64,000 nt of DNA from assembly GCA_004431415.1 (NCBI GenBank), contig QPMI01000132.1, positions 4,836-68,835 of the forward strand, in the 5' to 3' direction. The notes under the pieces were generated by a model. The model ran no database searches. It saw only the letters and a program-made list of their open reading frames with translations, and was not told where the DNA came from. Source of the stretch: Cyanophora paradoxa CCMP329. Taxonomy: Eukaryota; Plantae; Glaucophyta. Shown piece after piece: positions 25,500 through 35,253 of this stretch. The stretch's first letter is position 1. Each line of letters starts with the position of its first letter. Position numbers and translations under genes: made by a program.

Positions 25500-25658
25500 T
25501 CCCGCGTCCGCGCGGGTCTACGGCCAAAACATCATGAAAAGGGGCTGGCTAGGCCGGGAAGACCTCATGGCTCTAGCCACTATTTACAGAGAGGGTGGTC
25601 CCTGCTGGGAAATCGCCACCAATCTCGCCCCTACAAATATGTACAACGCTCGGAGCCG

Positions 25659-25782
25659 CCGGCTACTGCCGGGAATCGAAAAAGGCTCCGAGCCGCTCGT
25701 ACTTGGCGTCACCGGCGACTGCCGGGAATCGAAAAGACGCCGAGCCCGTCTACGTCCGGCGACTGCCGGGAATCGAAAAAGG
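25659..25782 (-). repeat. Three copies of TTCGATTCCCGGCAGTNGCCGG (tRNA T-arm/acceptor-like, anti-PBS)
   Basis: ACTGCCGGGAATCGAA on + at 25665, 25718 and 25762. Confidence 0.9.
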
Positions 25783-26826
25783 CTGTCGCCCGGCGGGTGC
25801 CGGTACGACTCCAGCATGTAGTGCCCAGGGGGCAAGGTCCAACTTCGGGCCGGCGGCCCAGGCAAACCCGCACGAGGCGAGCGGTACGGAGACAGAAGCC
25901 GAGGGGGGCCCTGCCCTCATCGCGCAGCACATTAGCCGCAAGAGCGCACGCTGCAACAGCAACGCGGGGCGTAGCGTCGCGATGGCGCTCGATAGCCCAC
26001 AGCAATATGCCCGTCCCAGCGCTTAGGGATATGCAGCCCGTCGTGCGACGCTGCCTAGGCACAAGCCGCGCTCCCACAGCAATTGCACGGCATCGAATCG
26101 GGGGACCCCGACGGCGGTGGAGCTAGGGATCTCCAGGGCGAGGCTAGGCGCCGCCCACAGGGCTCAAACCACCGTCACTCGTGACGGCAGGTGCCCTGCC
26201 CGACCCGTGCATGCACGTCCATTGCGAGGGGGACGTGACCCTCCCAGGCGAACTGCCACCGAGCGTCCCCGGTGCAGAGCCCTGAATGGGGGAATTGTGC
26301 GTCCCCAGTCGTCGTACCCGGAGTGGGATCCGGCGTAACGACCGCCTGCGTGTACCCCCACCGGCGCAAGGCGCGCCCGGGTACACCGCCAGGTCTTACA
26401 CGGAGGGGGAATGGACATCCCCTGTCGCTGTACCCGAGGCAGAACTCGGCGTCACAGCCGCCTACCGACCCTTCTGCAGACGCGAGGCGCGTCCTAGGGC
26501 TCGGCGAGGTCTTCGGAGGGCCCCAGCCCTGTCACCGTGCCGAGCTGTGCTCAAGGCCACCGGCCGCCCGCGGCTCATCCAATTTGCCCGGGTCTTCATG
26601 AGGGACTCGCACCCTGTCACCGCGCCGAGCTGTGCTCAAGGCTGACGGCCGCCCGCAGCCTCTTCTCTCGGCTCGGGGCTTTCGCGTTGTGCGCGGGGCT
26701 CTGAGGCCCGTCGATCCAGCCCGCCTCGGGCGATCTCTTGCTCAGCGCTGCCAAGGGGCTAGCGCAGCCGCTCTCATGTCCTTGCCCTCGCGTGGGGTCG
26801 GGACGCGGCTCGGAGCCGGCTTTCCC

Positions 26827-28755
26827 TTAAGCCGCTCCCGCCGGAGCCGCCGGCGCTGCGGCCGCGGCTGCCGGCCCACCCGCCGCCTTGGGCCGCCCTC
26901 GGGCCGGCCGTGCAGGCGCGTTCGCGTCTCGCACGCGGAACGGGATCATGCAGTCGATATGCACGATCGTCTCACGGGTGTCGCGCGCCTTCTGGCGGCC
27001 GGCGCCCACCGCGCCGTAGGGCCGCGCAAGGCCACGTACGACGTACGTGTACCCGCCCGGGTGCACGCTCATGACGGTGAAAGGGCCGACCCAGGAGTTG
27101 AACAACCCCTTGTCACGGTCGCCCAGCCAGCACAGGACTTTGTCGCCCACGCCGAAGCGGCGGCGGTCCGGCAGGTCACCCGTCCGGTGCACCATTTGGC
27201 GGCGGTACCAGCGGCGGTACTCGCGCACTGCAGCCTCGCGGCTCTTCGCGGAACGCACTACGATTGACACGTAGTCGGCGTAGCTAAGGGTGTCGAGCAT
27301 CTCGACCCCGAAGCGCACGTCCGCGGGCAGCGTGAGCTCGTGCCCAGGTGCAGGAGCGCGGGCGAGTAGCCCGTGGCCGCGTGCACGGTCGTGCGGAGCG
27401 CCAGCTGCACCTCGTGCACGTGCTGGTCCCACTCGTGCATCGGCTCGCGCTCGGCGCGGCACGCCGCGTGGAGCAGCGTCTTCACGACGCCCCCAGCCGC
27501 TCTACCAGCCCATTCGTCGAATGGTGGTACGCAGCGGCGTAAATGAAACGAGTCCCGAGCTTCCGGAAGTACTCGTTGAACGGGCCGCCCTTCAGGCTGG
27601 ACCCGTTGTCCATGAGGAGGCGCAGCGGCACGCCCTCATTCGAGACGAAGTCTCGGCCCATTTCGAGCATGGACCAGCCGTCCAGGTCGGCTTTCGGGTA
27701 CAGCCGCGTGTACTTGTCCCACGCGTTCACCCAGGCAACCAAATACCGGTTGCCGCGCGGCGTCGGGTCAAGGTGGAACACGTCCACCTGCCACAAGTCA
27801 TTCCGGCCCTCGGCCTCGATGACTGCGATCGCGGTTCGCCGCGGCTTCACAGCCTTGGCGAACTGGCAGCAATGGCAGCTCCGCACGTAGCGAGCGACTG
27901 CCGCAAGCATGCCCGGCCACCAGAACCTCAGCAGGATCCGGCGGGCGACGATCGAGGCGCCGCGGTGGCCCCACCCATCGTGGTACGCGTACAGGACGCG
28001 GTCCTGCCAGGACTCAGGCAGGACGGGCACGAAGCGCCCGTGGGGCGCGGCCGGGCGGCGGACGAGCACGCCGTCTGTGTCCACGTCAAATTTCTGGGCG
28101 AATTTGACGAAGGCCGCCTTGGCCTGACTGCAGAGGTAGCAGTCGCCCGTCTGGCAGGAGGCGCGCGTGCAGCGCGCCTCGTTCACGCCGTTCTCGTGCC
28201 AGGAGAACAGCTTGCGGCACAGCGAGTCCGCCTTCTGCGCAGCGAGCAGCCGGACTCGCCGCGCGGGGAACATGTGGCGCAGGGCCTCGGGCAGGGGCCC
28301 GTCAAGGGAAGGCGGCGGCGCGCAATCCCAGGTGTCCTGGACCAGCTCCAGCAAGCGCGGCTTGCGGCGGTCTCGGACCTCGCCCAGCTCAGGGCCAGGG
28401 GCGATGGCGCTGGACGAGAGGAGCTCCCGTTCCAGGCCCGCGGCTGGGCCGCCGCTCGAGCCGGCGTCGCCGCTCGAGGGCGCCTCAGGGGCAGCCGACG
28501 GCTCAGATGAGCCCGCTGTCGCCGCAGCGGTCGACGCAGCCGCGGAGGACGACGCCGCCGGGGTGCGCCCTCGGGCCCCTCGTCGGGATCGTCCTGACGG
28601 GGGTACAGCGGCGGGCCGCAGCGCCAGTGGCGCGGGTTGTCGGCCTTGCGGGGCGTCTTGCCCCGGCGCGGGGCCTCAGGCGGACGCTGGTCGCGCGGCA
28701 GGGGCGCGACAGGCCCCTCGTAGCGCCGCGGTCCCGACGGGAGCCGGCGGCGTAC
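26827..28755 (-). CDS. Integrase of element B (frameshifted; upstream linker interrupted by element C)
   Basis: YAYHDGWGH..CHCC, WQVDVF, LMDNG, TNGLVER, TGYSPALLHLG, WVGPFTV; colinear with the integrase of A. Confidence 0.93.
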
Positions 28756-29060
28756 GCGATTGTCGCATGCATGATTATCGTGCATGCGGAGCTAGATAGT
28801 GCAGCCTTCGTGCTGCTAGTTGCTAGTGCAGCCTACGTGCTGCTAGGGCCGACGTCGGCGTCAGTACGCCTCGGCCACCTCTTATTATAGCTAATACGGG
28901 TACGCCGGGCCTGTCCGGGTACACCTCATTCATTAGGGATACAGTGTTACTTGCAATACTACAGAAGCGACAGCGATCCCTCGTGATCCACTGAGCCCCG
29001 TCGAGCCGCGCTCGACCGGGAGCCTCCCCGCGTGCCTCACTACTAATCCCGCACGCGACA

Positions 29061-29082
29061 GGCGCCACTGCCGGGAACTGAA
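29061..29082 (+). promoter_or_regulatory. Primer-binding site of C (GGCGCCACTGCCGGGAACTGAA), probably tRNA-Asp type
   Basis: Reverse complement reads T-loop + 5-nt stem + 7-nt acceptor strand + G73 + CC; resembles the plant tRNA-Asp PBS TGGCGCCGTTGCCGGGGAT. Confidence 0.75.
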
Positions 29083-29549
29083 TCTTTAAGGGTCAGGTCG
29101 GGTCGCTCGCGATCCCGCCTTCGCGCGCGCCGCGCACGCGCACCGTAGCATAGTAGTGATAGTAGTGACATTCCCAGCCGTCAGCTCACAGTACGCAACC
29201 GGTTACCCCGGGTGCCGAAAAGTGAGAGCCTGCGCTCCGGTGACCCCGGAGACTGGCTGGCTTGAGTTCCTTACCGGAACTCTTGCCCTGCGTGCTGAAG
29301 AGCCGGCCGCGCGCCGCGCTAGAGCCGACCGCCCTCGTGCGCGTCGAGCCGCCGAAGTTCCCCTCGAGGGCAACTTTGTGCCATCGCCGATCCCTGGCCT
29401 CCGAGCCCGGATCGCGCTCCGGTGTGTTGCGTAAGCAGCATATCGTCGTCTGTGCCGTCGAAATCCCGCGTTTTACGCGGCGACTCGGCCTCAAAGAGCT
29501 TCGAGCTCAAATTTGATCTGCCTTGTACTTGCCACTGTGAGAGCCTGCC

Positions 29550-31094
29550 ATGTCGCGGCTTCCAGTTGAGCTGCCGGCGAGTGAGCGTGATCGCATGATC
29601 GCACTCAACTCGACCGCGCCTGTGAGTGGCGTGTCCGTTCAGCAGATGACTGCTGCGGCGCCCGCAGTTGATGCGAAGGGCTTGCCCTCCATCACTCCGC
29701 TGTCTGCGAACCCAACCATCGAAGAAGTCGATGAGTGGCGCCAGCAGATTAGCACTTTCGTCTCCACTCAGGCGCATAAGTATGCGTATGAGCCCGAGGG
29801 CGAAAACTGGACCAAGGTTGAAGCTCTTGGCGGCTTCATGGTCTCGCAGCTCTGCAAGGGCTCGCTGCGCTCCCAGATGCAGCGCATGCGTGACCAGCTG
29901 GAAGAGACTAAAGAATACCTTGCCAGCAAGCGCGCGCGGCTGGCCGTGCTGACTGCCTTGCCTATCGAGGCCCGGCTCCCTGAGACCGAGGCCGAGATCC
30001 TGCAGCTCGAGAATGCAATCACGCGTCTCGAGGCTGAGATCGCTGAGGGCCGCAATAACTTCCAGCGCGCTCCGGGCGTTGCGAAGTACATCATTGCGCG
30101 CGTGACGAAGGGCCTGCCCCACGTCGCTGAAGCCGCGATCAACGCTGCGTACACGGGCGAAGACCCGCTGACGTGGGTGAACTGGATCGCCCCGCACGTG
30201 CGCCACACGCGCCCCGCGGGCAAATCATACGCTGAGCACTTGATCACCGTGATTGGGAACGCTCTCTCGCGCCGTCAGACCGGGCTCGACCCGCAGTATG
30301 ACAACTACGAAGTCCGCGCTTCGATCGGCGCGCGCCAGAATGAGAATACGATGACGTACATTCTGCAGGAACTTCGCGGCGAGTTCGCGCGTTTTGGGGC
30401 TGAGCTCACTCCCCTGCGTGCTGAGCGGATTTTCGAGGAGCAGTGCGACCGCCACGGTCGCCGGACCGTGCGCCTGCTGCAGGAGCCGTCCCAGGAGACT
30501 GAGCCCTTGGCAAAGCGCTCCAAGGGGCCGGCCGGCTTCAAGGCTCCGCCGTATGCCGGCGACGTGGATGCCACGCCAATTAAGGCTGTGAAGCCTGCAG
30601 CTGCAGCAGCGGCTCCTGCTGAGGCTGGGCGTGACCCCCCTCCTGCAGCTGATCGCGAGGCCCGGTCCCTCGTTTCTGCACATGGGTCCTCTTGGGCCGT
30701 GCAGTCTAGCTCGCCAGGCGCCCTTGCCGCTGTGATGCAGCGCATGGCTGAGCTTGGGTACCCTCAGTACCCTCCGGCTGAGTGCTGGAACTGTGCTGGC
30801 GACCCCAGTGTCCCAGCCTCCGAGCGCCTTCACTGGGCTTTCCTTTGCCCGAAGCGCCCCCCGCACGCCCCCCGCCACCGCTGGGTGCGGCAGGATACGT
30901 ACACGTATGATGACTCCTACGAAGACTCATACGAGGATGAGTACGATGAGGCAGCTGCAGCTGCAGCTGCGGCCGTGGATGAGGTCTGCGGTCGCTGCGG
31001 CGAGACTGGGCACCACCACAGTGCCTGCTCCGACCCGCCGACTCGTGCTAAAGGCAAGGCCCCTCTGGCCCTGCCTGCCCCCGAGGCCGAGTAA
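29550..31094 (+). CDS. gag: Gag-like protein (514 aa; coiled coil, two CCHC knuckles), element C
   Basis: Intact ORF; CWNC-x12-H-x4-C and CGRCGETGHHHSAC; homologous to B gag (YTGEDPLTWVNWIAPHVRHT vs YTGEDPRSWHDWFLPLVRHT). Confidence 0.85.
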   Translation: MSRLPVELPASERDRMIALNSTAPVSGVSVQQMTAAAPAVDAKGLPSITPLSANPTIEEVDEWRQQISTFVSTQAHKYAYEPEGENWTKVEALGGFMVSQLCKGSLRSQMQRMRDQLEETKEYLASKRARLAVLTALPIEARLPETEAEILQLENAITRLEAEIAEGRNNFQRAPGVAKYIIARVTKGLPHVAEAAINAAYTGEDPLTWVNWIAPHVRHTRPAGKSYAEHLITVIGNALSRRQTGLDPQYDNYEVRASIGARQNENTMTYILQELRGEFARFGAELTPLRAERIFEEQCDRHGRRTVRLLQEPSQETEPLAKRSKGPAGFKAPPYAGDVDATPIKAVKPAAAAAAPAEAGRDPPPAADREARSLVSAHGSSWAVQSSSPGALAAVMQRMAELGYPQYPPAECWNCAGDPSVPASERLHWAFLCPKRPPHAPRHRWVRQDTYTYDDSYEDSYEDEYDEAAAAAAAAVDEVCGRCGETGHHHSACSDPPTRAKGKAPLALPAPEAE

Positions 31095-31302
31095 AATTCT
31101 CGTTGGGCCTGGCAGGCTTGGGCAGCCGCCAGAGCAAAGCCCTGCAAACATTTTGCAAAGCACCGCGAAATTTTTCGCCAGCCCCCGGCCTTCTGCGAAA
31201 GTGCCGGCGTGTCGCTGTAATATAGCGGCCAGTATACCTGCCATGAGCGGGCTGTACATTTGTACATTTGTACATAAACTCTTGACGTCAGGGACGACGT
31301 TT

Positions 31303-31734
31303 TCCGAGAAGAGGAGTGAGCTGACGAGCCTTGAGCTCGCGCCTCCCGAGGCCTGACCTGGGCCGGCCGTACCCTAGCGACGGGTACAGCGCTTTCCGAG
31401 AGGAGGAGTCCTTCCTTCCTCTCGCGATTAATATTGTGAGTGGGCCCTGGTGCGCATCTCGCGCAGCCGGCTGTGCGTGAGCACGTGATGAGCCCCTTGT
31501 AAATTTGTAAATATTTGTAAATATTGGCATCCGGTTCGCCCTCAGCGCGAAACCGAGCGTTGCGAACCCCTCCGGGAGGGTACAAGTCTTCCGAGAGGAG
31601 GAGTCCATCCTCTCTCGCGAAGTGAGCCATAGAGCTCGCTGAAGAGGCGGCCCGACGCCCTGAGGCACGCCGGTACACACCCCACCGGGCGGCGCGGTTG
31701 CTGCTGCGGGTGTCAGTCTTCCGAGAGGAGGAGT
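31303..31734 (+). repeat. Four internal PPT copies in element C
   Basis: TCCGAGA(G/A)GAGGAGT at 31303, 31395, 31590 and 31720. Confidence 0.85.
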
Positions 31735-31955
31735 CCCTCTAGCGGACCCCCTGATGAACGCCGTGATCGGCCTCCGAGCCGTATACGTAGCGGGCGTGCG
31801 TTCTTGCACACCCAGTCGGGTGAGCTGCAGCCAAGCGTGAATGCGAGGCCGACGGCCGCCGGGCCCCCATGCCAGGCTAGCGCTGCCGATTGCCAGCTTC
31901 GGCGAGCTGAGCTGCCGAGCTCGAACGTGAGCGGAGGGGGCTGGGCCCGCGGCCC

Positions 31956-32405
31956 GCCTCACGCTGCAATAAAAGCTCCAGCGAGGCTCGCGATTCGCGG
32001 CCCGCACAAGAGAGCTGACGATGGGCGAGGAGCCTCATGGCCCCGTCGCATGCAAATCATTGAATTGAAATCGCAAGGAGCTCCGGATTCCGCAAGGCCC
32101 GAGAGTCTGCGGCGGGAAGCTGCCTTCGCACGTGCTGAAAGCAAGAGGCCGCGGCCCAAGGCCCGTGCCCGCTGCACGTTCGGCCTCACGCTGCAATAAA
32201 AGCTCCAGCGAGGCTCGCGATTCGCGGCCCGCACAAGAGAGCTGACGATGGGCGAGGAGCCTCATGGCCCCGTCGCATGCAAATCATTGAATTGAAATCG
32301 CAAGGAGCTCCGGATTCCGCAAGGCCCGAGAGTCTGCGGCGGGAAGCTGCCTTCGCACGTGCTGAAAGCAAGAGGCCGCGGCCCAAGGCCCGTGCCCGCT
32401 GCACG
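31956..32405 (+). repeat. Tandem duplication of ~223 bp within C
   Basis: 31956-32178 equals 32183-32405. Confidence 0.92.
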
Positions 32406-33886
32406 CTGCTCCGTCGAGCCCCAGCGAGGCTCTCAGCCTGCGCGCATGCGCTAGGGAGCTGATCATGACGACGAGCGCGCTGAAAGATGCGGCCCTTGGC
32501 CCCATCGCGCGCTGGAGCTGAAGCGCTCCAGGCGAGCGGCCCCGATGCCCTCGCGATGCGAGACGTGATCCGCGGGCCCCGAGCTCGGGATGCACTCTCA
32601 AAGAAAGCTCGATCGCGACGCCCGAGGCGATCGCGAGACGCCTGGTCCAGCGCTTGGCCGCGCGTCGTGAGCTTGACAGGCGGTCTCTCGAGCCCCTGCA
32701 AAATCTGTGAGCCTCCGAGCTCCAAAGAAGGGCGAGCCTGAGGCCATGGTGCCCTCGAAAGCTCGAGCCCGAAGCAAAGTCCTGGCCTGCGGCGCGCTCC
32801 GCGAGACGGTCAGGCCGCTGGCACTGGCCCCGAGCCTGGCGCAGCGACGGCTCCATTGCGAGCTTGGCGTTTATGAATTCATTGCAATTGAATTCAAGTC
32901 CTGGTAACGCCCGCCGAGTTGGCATCCAGGCGGCGCGCTGCGGCCACGAGCCGAGCGTGTGACGGGCATTATTGCCCCGCCCATCGTGAGCGAATGAAGT
33001 CCTGGGGACGCCCGTTCAGTTGGCATCCAGGCGGCGCGCTTCGACTCGGCGTCGAGCGACGCGACGGGCAGACTTGCCCTCCGCCCATAGTGAGCGACGG
33101 GGCTTGACGATCCCGATCTTGGCGCGTTTCTGACGAGAACGGCGCGACGGGGCTAAACGACCCCTGGGCCCTATCCTGAATCGAAGTCCCAGTGAATGGG
33201 CGGTCGGCCGGCTCAAGGTCCGTGCACGACGACGAGAGCTCAACGTCTCTCATGCATGAGAATCCACATCGGGGACGCTCGATGCTGGCTCTTCTCTCCT
33301 AGATGGAAGTCACGGGCTCGGGCAGGGGTGCCCGGCGCCGCGTGCGGCAGAACCGGAATGCACTCTTGTGAGCGGTACCCGGTCCCAGAGCCGGCTCTAT
33401 CCTCGTCGGCACGGTTGAATCCCCGCCGATCCGATTACCTGTACTTCACCACTGCGAGAGCCTAAGGGGTGCTCGCCCGGGTGGAGCTCTGCGCGGCTCG
33501 CACTTGGGTCACTCGACCGCGTCGCGGTTGGGGGGCACACCGGAGGGGGCCGTGCGCTGCCTGCGCGCCGCGTCGCCCCGCGCTGCTCTTTCGCGTTCGC
33601 ATCTGCGGCGTGCTCTCGCGGGGCTTGCATGGCATCTGGGCGAGAGCCCGCTGTGGAAAGACATCCAATGAACAAACCAATTCCTCATCTCCCTGAGCCG
33701 CCGGCTCGAAGCTTGACCTTGGCCCTCTGGGCCGGAGACAGACGATTATTTGCGGCCCATTGCCGCCCCCTTGACTCGGTTTTACATTTAGAATTTGGTG
33801 AATGATTTATATAATCAGATCTTGGCTTTGATTTAGAGATTCGATGATTTAGCGATGTGAATGGCCTCAGCCGGCTAGCGGTCTTC

Positions 33887-34016
33887 TTCCATTCCCGGCA
33901 GTAGCCGGCCACTTGTCTATTTTCAATTCCCGGCAGTCGAGCCGCCGGCGTGCGCGAAATTCGCGGATCTGTAAATACGGCTTCAAGTCTTTTATTCCCG
34001 GCAGTGTCCTGCCGCG
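33887..34016 (+). repeat. Three anti-PBS motifs (ATTCCCGGCAGT) in element C
   Basis: Copies at 33891, 33926 and 33994, upstream of the PPT. Confidence 0.88.
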
Positions 34017-35253
34017 AAACCTTGTAAATATGCTTGCTTGTAGTGAATTCCGTGATACTTAGCCCACGAGGACGTGGCCTTCCGAGTGGAGGAGTTGTCG
34101 CATGCATGATTATCGTGCATGCGGAGCTAGATAGTGCAGCCTTCGTGCTGCTAGTTGCTAGTGCAGCCTACGTGCTGCTAGGGCCGACGTCGGCGTCAGT
34201 ACGCCTCGGCCACCTCTTATTATAGCTAATACGGGTACGCCGGGCCTGTCCGGGTACACCTCATTCATTAGGGATACAGTGTTACTTGCAATACTACAGA
34301 AGCGACAGCGATCCCTCGTGATCCACTGAGCCCCGTCGAGCCGCGCTCGACCGGGAGCCTCCCCGCGTGCCTCACTACTAATCCCGCACGCGACAGCGAT
34401 CGAGGAGGGTAACGGGGAACCCGTCCTCGTCGAGCTCAAGCTCGGACGCCTCGCGCGGGGCCTCAGGCCCCGGCACGGGCGGGGCGACCTCGCCATCGGA
34501 GCCCAGCTCCATGGGGTCGGCCTCGGGAGCCGGCGGTGGGCTCGGAGAGCGCGGGGCCGGCGGCAGGCCCTGCTCGACAGCGAGGCGGTGCCACTCGTCA
34601 ACCTCCTGCCGCATCGCGGCCCAGGTGGTCGGCTTGCGGCCGCGCCGGGTCGGCGGGCCGGCCTGCGGCAGCTGCAGGGCTGCGGGCAGGGGCGCCTCCT
34701 GCCCAGCGGCAGGGCTCGGGGTTCGGGCGGCGCCGGGGCCCCTGGGGCTCGTCTTCGGCGTCCGCCGGCGCGGCTCTGGGCGCGCGCTCGGAGAGGGAGA
34801 CGGGCTCATCGTCGGAGCCCTCTCGGAAGGCCTCAGGCGGCGCGCGCGTCCGGCGTGGACGCGGCCCCTGGGCGGGCTGGACGTCTCGCCTCGCGGCGGG
34901 AGCGCCCTCGAAGGCGAGCTGGCGCCGGAGACGGGCCTGTCGCCTCGCGACGAGGATCTCCGCCCGACTCGGCGGGGCCGCCGGCGTTTCGGCCTCGGCG
35001 GGCCCAGGCGCATGGGCGGGGCCCGGCAGCGCGGCCTCGTCCGGCTCATCAGCCAGCTCGGTCAGGCGGGGCCCGGCGGGGCTTCCACGGCAACCCGGGC
35101 GTCCGCAGCGCCCTCGGCGCCCAGAGCGACTGCAAACAGCGGCAGCGGCTCATCGAGGTCGCCGGGCTGGGCACGCCATGCCCGCAGCGCCAGCCAGCGC
35201 GTCAGGCGCGGCTGAGCTGCCGTCGGCGCCGCCAGGGGCGAGAACCGGGTGGT

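Larger units (their letters stand above)
28761..34395 (+). mobile_element. Non-autonomous Gag-only LTR retrotransposon C nested in B (antisense)
   Basis: Identical 300-bp LTRs (28761-29060, 34096-34395), TSD GCGAT, PBS at 29061, PPT at 34081-34095, single ORF and no pol. Confidence 0.95.

Noticed and set aside
25659-25782. CRISPR array
   Set aside because: Only three short repeats, inside a eukaryotic retrotransposon 3' UTR, with no cas genes; the repeat matches tRNA/PBS sequence.
31100-34080. Hammerhead ribozyme (retrozyme) in element C
   Set aside because: CTGACGA heptamers occur, but I could not find a correctly placed GAAA with supporting stems.
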